From Macrostomum lignano (lineage: Eukaryota): 64,000 nucleotides of DNA. This document shows, one piece after another, positions 10,304 to 22,065 of this stretch. The stretch spans positions 298,436 to 362,435 of the forward strand of contig NIVC01001081.1 of assembly GCA_002269645.1 (NCBI GenBank), written 5' to 3'. Below the pieces are notes generated by a model, which had not been told where the DNA came from, made no database searches, and was given only the letters and a program-made list of their open reading frames with translations. A program made the translations under genes and the position numbers. Each line of letters opens with the position of its first letter. Position 1 is the stretch's first letter.

Positions 10304-12212
10304 CAACAATCGCCCGACCAATTTTGGTGCACCAGCCCGAAGAGTGCAGCCAGGTCCGGATGAATGGATTCGAATCAGGGGTCGTGGAGTGAGAGTCAAG
10401 CGTTTATTGCCTCTTTATGCAATTTTTATTCTTACTGGTTAGATTAGCCATCCATGGTGCGTACTTATCCAGTGGATAGATGAGTAATCCTCTGAGTTAC
10501 TGGAGCTGAGCATGGACCAGCCAGCACGGCCCTGTCAGGCCAGACGTCATTAAATTAAAATGGCACAAGCCATGAGCTCCATTTCTGCTTTTGCCAGGGG
10601 TGCAGGCCCTGCTCCTGCGACCAAACTTGGAAGTTTGGAGTGTAAAAATAGCCACCTCCGCGCTTGCAATATGCGCTGGCTGGAATTTATGCATTCCGCC
10701 ATATAATTTATTGCGTCTCAATGAATAGCTGATTTGAACTCAAGCAGCAGCCCAGCTCAGCATCAACGGTAGGGAAGGGGGTGGACCATTTAGGTCCTGA
10801 ACTGCTTGCCCCAGCACACCATCACTAAAAATAGTCCTTGCCTGCATGCAGTGTCTGTAGGGATTTTTATTAAGTAATAAAACTTCGACTGACGGGGCTA
10901 AAAATACAGCCCGAGCAGTTCTCAGGGGAGCCGAAACGGGAAGAAGCTCGCGGGCTTCGGGGCGTGGCAAAAAACTCCAAAATCTTCCCAAACCAAACAT
11001 TGACTGAGATTGTTTCCCATATCCCCTACTCGGACCCTTGGGGAAATTTTTTTCTCGCAAGAATTTCCCGATTTCCGGAAGTGACAAAACTCCGAGGAGA
11101 CGGGCCGGACTCTTTCGGGTGAGAAGGCGCGCCCAGAAAGTGCTTCCGGCTGCGGGATCGGCGAGTCCGGCAAACAACAGAAACTTTTAGGAAATTGAAA
11201 ACTGCGATTATTCTGTCCAGCTGCCCGGGCTTCATAAGTTAGGCGGAGTCACGCTTCATATTCTCCCGATCCCAATCTTTGCCTTTTATTGATTTGATCT
11301 CACAGTTGGCAGGCAGGAATAAGTAAATATTAAACAAGTCAGACGTCACTGAGCGCACGTCTGAGTACTGTTGCAGAACTCACTAAATCTGCACTAATCA
11401 ATAACAGGTTGAGCTTTGTCTAACTGTTTCTTTAATTACAATTTTTTTAAACGAAAACTTGGATTTTCAATAATTAAAACAAAAAAGCGCTTACACAGGG
11501 ATGAAGCCCCAATCGTTGTTTCTATCCGAAATTTGTAGCAGTATGTGATATCTTTCAAGAGATTTTGCATATGTGGTTTGGCTGACTACCCAGCAGGTGT
11601 CATATAGAAGTGTGTAACCCAGATTGAGTACAGATTGATTGGCTTACGTGGACTTGATTTCAGTCCCGGTGGTTTGGGACTCGATATGTGTAGTCGAATC
11701 GCTGCTTTTAGTCAGAGGCAGATTCAGAGAGGCCGTGGCTGCTTCAACAGCATCCGGTCTCCCCTCTCCTCCTCTCTGTTATCCTCCAGGGGAGAATAAG
11801 TGCAGCTCACTTCATGCCTAATAAAGCGCGAGAGCGGACACCTTGCAATGCAGCCCAGCCCCGCGGCTACAGCTCGCATTCTCCAACTCATGGCTCTCCC
11901 ACCGGGTGCAAGAAGAGTGTGAGATGGATCCTGGGGGTAGAGGGCAACTCCTTGAGCATGCGGGCCAAATCTGATTTTCGGATAACCCGAAAGTATGGAG
12001 AAGAAAGGACCCAAGAGATTGGGTATCATGCTTGAGCAGTGAGGGAGCAGAGAAGGGTTGAACCGTAATAAAAATAGGCGAAATTGGCAATGAGGGCAGC
12101 AAAGGATCCTCAGCCCGCGCTGCACTTCTGCGCCCCCTAGAAGACAACGAAAAACTGCTGTTATTACTTTCTGTGTACAGCTTGTTGTATTGAGGGCCGT
12201 ACAGGGCTGGGC

Positions 12213-12645
12213 GAGTACTCGGTACTCGGGATACTCGGTACTCGGGATACTCGGTACTCGGTACTCAGGATACTCAGTACTTGGTACTCGGGATACTCAG
12301 TACTCGGTACTCGGTACTCGGGATACTCAGTACTCGGGATACTCGGTACTCGGTACTCAGGATACTCAGTACTTGGTACTCGGGATACTCAGTACTCGGT
12401 ACTCGGTACTCGGGATACTCAGTACTCGGTACTCGGGATACTCAGTACTCGGTACTCGGGATACTCAGTACTCGGTACTCGGGATACTCGGTACTCGGGA
12501 TACTCGGTACTCGGGATACTCAGTACTCGGGATACTCAGTACTCGGGATACTCAGTACTCGGGATACTCAGTACTCGGTACTCGGGATACTCGGTACTCG
12601 GTACTCGGGATACTCAGTACTCGGTACTCGGGATACTCAGTACTC
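12213..12645. repeat. Compound short repeat of GGTACTC / GGGATACTC / AGTACTC units
   Basis: Direct inspection. Confidence 0.95.
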
Positions 12646-13806
12646 AACAACTCGCAACTGAGGTGCCAAGTTTTAAGGTCAACGGAACTGAAACATTGAA
12701 AGCAAAATGCACGATTTTCTTTCCTAGAAAAGACAGGAAATCAACTTTCAAAAAGTGACTTTTCTCCAGCGAAGTTGAAGATTAAAAAAAGAAGCTGCAC
12801 AGCTCAGTACTCGGTGCTCAGAAGCAGCTTACTCGCCAAACCCCGGACCACATGCGCAATGTTTCAATCAGAAATGGGACTTTTTTAAAAAAGATCAAGG
12901 ATGCAACGCAAATAGGTTGGATAGATCCATAGTGACCTATTAATTAGCAGTTTTAAACAAACTGTTAACTCCTTCGTGAATTTTTCGTATGATTTCTAGT
13001 TTGAAAGTTTACTAAAACAATCTTAGCGGAAAATCAGTGAAGAAAATAAAGATTAAGGAGATTTCGTCACACCACTGAGCCCTTTAAGACCGGTTAACAT
13101 TACCGTCAGATTGTTCAAACATCGCAGGACATCGCAGCTGCTGATAAAGTTGTTGGACTACGAGTAGGTTGAAAACTTGGAAGACTGGGAGCTGTCTTGC
13201 ATCCGGTTTCTACCATATAGAGGTCCTTGGTTGAAATTGGAACACATTTATTTATGAACCAAAAACGAACACCAATACACAAGCTAGTTAAACAAATTAT
13301 GCTATGCTGGACTTGCCTCCAAGCGAGAGAAATGCGGACGTCAATGCGGATTACACTGTACACCACTGCGGCTTCAAGCGGACTTATTTACAAAGCAAGC
13401 GTTTTGGCACCAGTTTTCACCAGAATTGAGTTGCTATGCATGTTAGCGCAGTGCATCAGTTCAATAAAATATTCGACTTTGCATTGCCTTGCAGTCTGTG
13501 TGCATAGCAGTCTGTGTGCCAGAGAAAAGTCACAGAATGGTCAGCTATGGAATTCAGCCATGGCAAATTTGGTTGATGGCGCAGTTCAGCTTGAGCAGTG
13601 TCCACTGGAAAGCTGAATTCTATTCTTGGATAATATCTATACATTATCCGAGCTCAAATCCCAGCTTAGGGGACAAGCAAAGGAAGCGACGAAGTGTCCA
13701 TGGCGCTTGGGGTGCCAGGCGCCGTCTAAGCAGGTTCCGCTACCGACTCCGGCGCTGTGTTCTGCTGCACCCTGAAGACCAAGCCCAGTCTGACCGCTGC
13801 GGACCG

Positions 13807-14300
13807 TCAGGTCAGCCTCAGCGCCGCGCCATAGCTGGCCGACATTGACTGCCGCTTGGCCACGGCGCAGCAGACGCTGCCGGCCAGCAGCAGCCCGAAG
13901 CTGACGGCCAGGCCGACCGCCCCGCCGATCAGGAGTCCTCGGTTTGGCTGCAGCGGCGGCTGTGGCTGCGGGTTTCCGCTGCTGCCTGTAGCTTCCGGTT
14001 CTTCGCCGCGACATCCGCAGCCGTGGCCTCGCCCAGGTAAACTGACAGGCTCAGCGATGCAGCGATGAAGCCGCACAGGCCTAAAATGAAGAGGCTGAGC
14101 GAGCCCAGGTGATACAGCCGGTGACGCAGGGGGATTTGCTGACGCTGCAGCTGCTGATGCTGCTGCGATGGGTGCCGTCTCGGCTGCTGACGCGACTGTA
14201 GCTGAAGCTGCTGCTGCGTGTGCAGCGGGCACGCCGCAGGCAGGTTTCCGTCCGGCTGCTGCATGCCGCGGAGTGCCGCCTGCCAGCCTCTCACTCGGTG
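13807..14300 (-). CDS. Possible small two-transmembrane protein exon, split by a frameshift near 13940-13990
   Basis: Hydrophobic LGSLSLFILGLCGFIAASLSLSVYL in one frame followed by LLIGGAVGLAVSFGLLLAGSVCCAVA in another; GC-rich coding-like composition; no family recognised. Confidence 0.4.
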
Positions 14301-14669
14301 CGCTTGTCCGCTGGCTCTCCGCTGCCGCAAAGATTCTGAGAACAGCTCTGGCCGGCACTCCTGCGTCCAAAATAGGCAGCAGTGTCTGTCCGCGCCTTCT
14401 GTTCCATTCTCGGTGCGCTTTTGTCGGCGCCGGTCTGGCGCCTGCGCCATTGGCTGGTCTGGGACTGGGGGCAGCAGGGGGATTCTTAAGTGCCGGGAAG
14501 TCATTGGCTGCGAAGCCTTAAGTCCATTTTTGTACAGTGCGTTCAGTATCAGATTGCCAATAATTTGCTAAATATGGTTTTAATTGAATCAGTAGTTACA
14601 TTATGAATTATGTGTGAATGTACAGTATGCGTTTTTAGCCAGTACTGCTTATAGACATGTCTGTTTATG

Positions 14670-15305
<636 letters not shown>

Positions 15306-15659
15306 CGGATGCATTGTTTTTAAGTCAGATCCGATGCCTTTTCGCCACACTTTATAACCTACGAGTGGCTTCCAACGGGCAGGCCTGCATCTTTAACCTG
15401 ACACCGACTTAAAAATGCAAAAAATAAACTTATTGCGCAGTAAAAAACATGCAGCGAAGCATGCAAGCGAAACGCAAAAGCTTCCCGAGTTTCTTTGCGC
15501 GGAATCGGTCAGGTTTTTACTGTGTAAACATTTGCTTAGTGCAGCTCCTTTTACAGCTGCCCTGATTTCAGCATTAATTATTCCTGCACTGCCTCTGTTG
15601 TGCTGCTTCGGAGAGCGCAGGGTGCGCTGGCTGTGGGAGGGAATTAAGGCAAAAATGGG

Positions 15660-16059
<400 letters not shown>

Positions 16060-16743
16060 TTCAGTTAGCAAATGCAGGTGTGAAAAGAGCTGGCGAATTC
16101 CCGTGCGGTGACTCACTGACTGGACTCATTTCACACTCCCGCAGCTGGTCAAAGTCCATATTTTTCTGCGGTCAACCCCCATCTGACGGCTGGGGTCGAT
16201 TGCTTGATTGATGCGTGCGAACTGCCCCTTCTCGGCCTGCCGGTATGCTGCGGTGCTCAGACTGACTTCACACAGCTGCGCCACCCTCGACTTAGGAATT
16301 CCGCGGTGGGAAAAATTCGCATATTGCTTCATCGGTCTCAGTCGGCTCCCCTGTGTGAGGTCTGATTTATTGGAATTTTCGGGATCGGACGCGGCCTTTC
16401 AATTAATTTGACCTGCCCAACTTCTGCCACTTCGCGGTTGGGGAAAAAGATGGAATTAATCACCGACTTACAAGCAGGCAAGGTTTTGTTCGGGCGAGCG
16501 ATAATTCTTTGGCGGGAAAACTGGAGCTGTTAGTTTAGCACTAGAAGTTTGAGAAAACTCCATTCAAACTCCTAATGCGAATTTAAAAAGTGGCATAAAC
16601 CATGCAGTCCAATCTACATGTGTACATGTATACATGTGACTGAGTATCTATTCGGATTGATCTTTTCTCGTAATTAAAGTACTCATAACACGATTAAGCT
16701 CAATAATTAAGTCAGGTGTATCAAACTAAACGTCAGCACATTA

Positions 16744-17891
16744 GATAGATAGTTAGATAGATCTTCGTCGACCTAATCTTCGTCGATTTCAGGAAGGCCT
16801 TCGACTCGGTCGTGAGGGACGCGCTCCCAGAGGTGCTCCGTGCGTACAACGTGCCAGAGCTGCTGATTTCTGCTGTCATGGCGCTGTACCACGGCACGAC
16901 GGCTGCTGTCTCAACACCGGACGGCCTATCGGATTTCTTCGAGACATCCTCCGGGGTGCTCCAGGGAGATACGCTAGCGCCGTTCCTATTTATTCTGGTG
17001 CTTGACTGGGTGCTACGGACTGCTCTGCCTTCCAACGACGACGGCTTCCTGCTGCGGCGACGCGTGGGTCGACGCCAACCGGAGAGACGGCTCAGCGTGC
17101 TTGGCTACGCCGATGACCTCGCCCTGCTGTCCTCGACCGTCGAGGGCGCCCAACGACAGCTGGATAGGCTGGTTGCCGTTGCGGCGAGCGTCGGCCTGGT
17201 GGTCAACACGCAGAAGACCGTCGTGCTATGCGTGCCGGACGACACCGAGGCTGCAATCTTCTGCCGAGGCGCTGACGGACAGCTTCCAAGATGTCAGCAG
17301 TTCGTCTACCTCGGCGGTCTGGTTCCCGACGTCCGCGAGGATCTGCGGCGTCGCCGAGGACTTGCCTGGGCTGCCTTTCGTTCTATAAGGTCAGTCCTGC
17401 AGTCCGAGGCCCTTCCGGACCGCCAGAGGGCGGCGCTGTTCCAGGCGGTGATCGAGACCGTCCTGTTATACAACGCCGAGACCTGGACGCTGACAGACTC
17501 GCTCGAGGCTCAAGTCGACGCGGCGCACGCTGGCCTGCTGCGCGCCGCCTTCAAGATCGGCAACGAGCGAGTCACCAACACGGCGCTCTATCATCGCGCC
17601 GGCCTGGCCCGTCCTAGCGATCTGCTGCGCCGTCGGCGACTCCAGCTGGCAGGCCACGTCATCCGCGCCGAGGCCTACTGTCCGGAGCCGGTGCAGGAGG
17701 TGCTGCTACTTACGTTGCAGGCACCCTACCGGCGGGGACAGGCGAGGACTCGGCGCTACGTCGACTGTCTGCTGGCTGACGCCGGCGCCCCGGACTCTGC
17801 CGGCGGTGCGGCCTTTGTTCGCGCCCAAGCTTCGAAGCGAGCCATCTGACGCTGCTTTTGCGAACTGACAGCGTACTCTGTTGTTGATGTT
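16744..17891 (+). mobile_element. 5'-truncated non-LTR retrotransposon (RTE-like LINE); RT homology 16773-17849
   Basis: FVDFRKAFDSV, GVLQGDTLAPFLF, YADD, YLG and LLYNAETWTLT motifs; short (TGT)n tail; 12-bp TSD GTCAGCACATTA at 16732-16743 and 17892-17903. Confidence 0.93.
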
Positions 17892-18556
17892 GTCAGCACA
17901 TTATAGTACATGAAGATGAAGGTGGCGAAGCCAGGATTTTTCGAGAGGGCGTTATACCTCGAAAAATATGAAAAGCATATGAAAGTGTTCAGAAAACTGC
18001 TAAAAGAAGAAGATTGATTTTCAGTTAATGGGCTTGTGCCACTAACTATATTCGGGTAGTTAAACTACAGAAGATAAGTCCTCGATCGATACATTAATAG
18101 TTGAGACTAATTAAAACTTTCGTATTTATATCAAAGTCAACAAGCTCTTCAATAGAAGATAACAAGCAAAGTTAAGATGAAAAGTAAGACGAACTAGATT
18201 AGTTTTAAGACCGATTTTCTAATTTTGGAACGATAAAAACTGGCAGGTTGCAGACATGCATAGGGAATTTTTTTGCATGATTGCTTTACAGTAATACTGA
18301 TTTGAAACACTTTACATGAATCTGGCATAGAAAGTATTGAAAGAAAGTACAGAAAGCCGGTAAAAAGTATTACAATAAAATAACAATTTCTTTAAGGAAC
18401 ATAAAATGTCGTAAACTGAAGATTAAAACTCACTAGATATATATTGAAGAAACAGTTAATTTTTCAAAAAGAGACAACAACTAGTAGGAAAAATAGCTAT
18501 TTTTTCTTTTCAGTTTTTTCGTGTTCTTATATTTTCCAGGAAAGTAAGATTGCTAC

Positions 18557-19632
18557 TGAGGTGGGGCGGAGAAAGGTTTAAAACAAGAAATTTTTCGAAA
18601 GTTGGTCGTTTGAAAAGCTGGGTTTCCTCGAAACCGAACGGCGTTGAGTTCGCACGAATTGAATCCGGAAAAATCCGTGTGGCCGAATCCCAATAGAATG
18701 TCTCGTAGATACTCCGACTGCCGGGGTCCTCAATCCCGGGTGGAGGGTAGTTTAGTCGTAGACGAGCGGTCTTCGTTGGCGCGAGCGTTCAGAACGGGTC
18801 CTCAGACACCGAATTTATCGTATCTCGTATGTTTGACTTAACTGGTTACTAACAGTAGAGTAGCGCTGCCACCACCGTAATTCGCGTATTACGGAACGTT
18901 GGAGTCTCAGAACTTGCTTCGAGATGAGACTGGGTTGTTTTACGCCCCACGGGCAAATGACTCAAAATAAGCTAGGCTTCAGGCTATTAATAAAAATTAA
19001 CGTAAAATCGACTGTTTTATTAGTTCGTAAAAGTTCAGGTAGTAAAAGTATAAGGGACCGAAACCTACTCCGGCGGATGATTTGCCGGTGCCGCGGTGCA
19101 CGACTGAATAAAACGGCTTACGCTAGTTGTAGTTAGATTGGGCGAATTAAATATTAGTTGTTAAATTGAATAGGGAGAGAGAGCGAGGGTGGGCAGAAAA
19201 ACCTAAACCAAACTAAAACCAAACTAAACCTAACAAAACACAACACAACTAAAAATTGGGCAGCACTAGGGCACCATTAAATAGAGAAAAGGAGCGCAAA
19301 AGATGGACAAATGGGGTCAAACATTGGTGGCAAAAGGCGGTCACGGGGTCCAAGCATCGAACAAACAAAAAGACACGGAAAGATAGGGAGTTAAACAAAA
19401 TTTCCAAAAGAGGGACGCGGAGGACCAGAAAAAGGAGTGGGAAGACCAACGCAAGAACGGGGAGACTGACGAAATAAGCCAACGACTGGGGGCACAGGGT
19501 GGACACAGAGGACCAAAAACTGGGGACAGCGGGAATGGGTCAAAAGGTGGTTTATTAAGTCGCGTAAAATAAATTTAAAAATTGAAATAATAAAGTTCGC
19601 GAAATTGTTAGTGGCAGCCCCCAACTGCCACA
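18557..19632 (-). repeat. LTR 1 (3'-most LTR, 1076 bp)
   Basis: Near-identical to 28063-29137 and 37566-38641; not followed by a PBS. Confidence 0.93.
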
Positions 19633-19679
19633 GTCTCGGGGGAGCCGCACTTTTCAAAAAACTTCGGACCTCCCGGTCC

Positions 19680-20519
19680 TCACTGGTAGCGCCCTCGATG
19701 GGCGACGGCGCGTCCTCCGCGATTGGCCGGCCGGGTGCCGCGGGGCGGGCCTCCGTCCGCGGCGGCCGCGTCAGCAGTCGGTGGGGCCGGGGCCGGATAC
19801 GCACTGTTCGAGGCCGAGGTCGTCGAAGCCAACTCTGTCGGCGAGTCTGGCGGTACCGGGGCCGATTTCGGGGCGGTGGCCGAGCTGGCGAAGCGGGCTC
19901 GCTCGCATAACTGCTCAAACGTACGGCCGAATCCGCGCTGGCGGGTGACTGGGTGGTCCAGGGCCACTGCGATGAGGGTGCAGCAGGGCCAGAGCTGCTG
20001 GCCCTCGGTCTCGGTGCTAAGGCGAGCTGCGGTCGACAGGGCCGCCATTTCTATAGCCAGGGCGACGGCGGCTGGATCATAGTGCTGAGCCAGCAAGGAC
20101 CAATTGACGCAGTCGGTAGCGGTGCGTGGGGCTGGTCCCTCCTCCATCTCCAGTAACAGCAGCTCAGCGAGCCGCTGGGCGACCTCCTCCGACTCCATGG
20201 CCGGGGCATTGCGGGGCTCCGTTGAGTTGGCCGCTGGGGTGCCGGACTCCGACCCGCTGGTCCAGGACGCGGGCGGCAGCGGCGGTGTAATGTGCCGGTC
20301 GGGCACCAGCATGCGCACAGGATCCGGTTCTTGCGCCATAGGAAAGGTTGCGACATGGTCCATTAGACCGTTGAGCCAGGGGCCGGGCGTATACGGCGCT
20401 TCTAGTGGTTCTGGGTACCCGTTGGCTAGGCCCAGAGCGTCTAGTAGAACTGGGTCCGGAGATTCTTGGCCTTGGTTTCCGCCTACCATGGGGTCGTTGT
20501 CGTCGGCCGGCTGGTGCAT
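19680..20519 (-). CDS. Orphan accessory ORF3 (279 aa) of the tandem Gypsy, copy 1
   Basis: Sense ORF from the first ATG (MHQPADD..); Pro/Ala-rich ends and a helical core (EEVAQRLAELLLLEMEE..VNWSLLAQHYDPAAVALAIEMAAL); intact in both units. Confidence 0.65.
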   Translation of the reverse strand: MHQPADDNDPMVGGNQGQESPDPVLLDALGLANGYPEPLEAPYTPGPWLNGLMDHVATFPMAQEPDPVRMLVPDRHITPPLPPASWTSGSESGTPAANSTEPRNAPAMESEEVAQRLAELLLLEMEEGPAPRTATDCVNWSLLAQHYDPAAVALAIEMAALSTAARLSTETEGQQLWPCCTLIAVALDHPVTRQRGFGRTFEQLCERARFASSATAPKSAPVPPDSPTELASTTSASNSAYPAPAPPTADAAAADGGPPRGTRPANRGGRAVAHRGRYQ

Positions 20520-21648
20520 AGTGGCGTCAGCAGTTTCAATTGGCAAGACGGCAAGGGTGAATAAATAGCAGTCGAAGAAACAAAAGGGATTAATATACAG
20601 AGAAAATAGATATATATACAGGGAAACTTGCGAATAATAGCGATTGAGAAGCTTAATTACAAAATGAATGTCGCACAGAGGCAAAGTCAAAGTTAACTGA
20701 TTTGGGGCCTGAGAAAATGAAACGCATCCTTAAATACTTTTCAACAGGCCAGGTTTTGGCCAGCAGGGCCAAAAGCTGGGTAAAACAGATTCACCACCCC
20801 CCGCCGCGCACTCCAATTGAGGTTACGCAGAGAAACTGGGGGGGGGGGAGGAGCCATAAAAAATTGGTAAACCACGAGATAGGGGTGCGGTGCCGCCTTG
20901 TCAAAACTTAGGCTGGGCTTCGGATCGATGAAAACGAGAAGGCCCCAATTGGGCTCACAAGAACAGGGGTCGCTTGTGAAACTAAAGAGTCGCAAACACC
21001 AGTTTTAGAATTACACAAATGGCGGCAAAAGAACAAAATCGGGGTGCCTAACCAACATTTATATAGAAATAGCAGAATAAGAGATAATAACTGAAAAAGG
21101 CATGCAGGTCTCCGTAAGGAGCTATACAAACAGAGGGGAGGAAAGGCACTGGGGAAATTTTCCCAGGCTCGGCTCGATCGGAACAAAAAGGGAGCCTCGA
21201 TTCAGCACGGCCTTGAACAAAAAGGGCCTGATCCGGGTGCGGCAGGACAGAGAGTTAACCCGACTGGTTGAAAAGTACATTCGGTTTGAAAACTGGGCTG
21301 AAAAGGTTTTACAAGAAATTTGAAAAATGTTACGCGTTTATGTTACAAAGATGAGCAAAATTTCAGCACTTTGGGCGTGTGCGAAGAAATTATAGCTAAA
21401 TTTCACAGGACAGCAAGGGGAAATTCACGCAAAGCTGCGGTATTCGCAGGTGGATAAATAATGGCGCATTGGTGCGGGCTTTTACCGGAAAGCCTAAGGC
21501 TAAAATATGAGCGCAGTGGTGCAGGCTTATCATAACGCATCGCATAAGCATGAGCACGTAATAACATAGGTTATGGCTTTTATCCGGAAAGCTTAAGGAG
21601 AGGGGAATAAAACGCTTTGACAGGAAGCAAAGGTTGCAATAAAGAATC

Positions 21649-21920
21649 TGCTTTTACCCTCAAGCATAAGGTTTACAGTAGAGAAATTGCTTTTACCCTC
21701 AAGCATAAGGTTTACTGTAGAGAAATTGCTTTTACCCTCAAGCATAAGGTTTACTGTAGAGAAATTGCTTTTACCCTCAAGCATAAGGTTTACAGTAGAG
21801 AAATTGCTTTTACCCTCAAGCATAAGGTTTACTGTAGAGAAATTGCTTTTACCCTCAAGCATAAGGTTTACAGTAGAGAAATTGCTTTTACCCTCAAGCA
21901 TAAGGTTTACTGTAGAGAAA
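21649..21920. repeat. 40-bp x7 internal tandem repeat in the pol-ORF3 spacer, copy 1
   Basis: TTGCTTTTACCCTCAAGCATAAGGTTTAC(A/T)GTAGAGAAA units. Confidence 0.95.
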
Positions 21921-22065
21921 ATTTGAAATAACCTTCAGCACATTAGCGGGTGCAGAGAAGGTTTTACAGCGGCAGGGAAAATTAACGCATTCGCAAAACG
22001 TGACTATTGACAGTAGTGCGCAGAGAAAAATTCGCAGAAAAGGCGCACACGGAGAAATTTCGCGG

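Noticed and set aside
10740-12150. Possible minus-strand exons
   Set aside because: No recognisable motifs or consistent splice-phase structure
17920-17950. Degenerate hAT/MITE-like terminus (GGTGGCGAAGCCAGGATTTTT) possibly pairing with TGGCTACGTGC at about 38903
   Set aside because: Match too short and degenerate, and no TSD; cannot support an element boundary
19680-20519. env gene
   Set aside because: No signal peptide, furin site, fusion peptide or TM anchor
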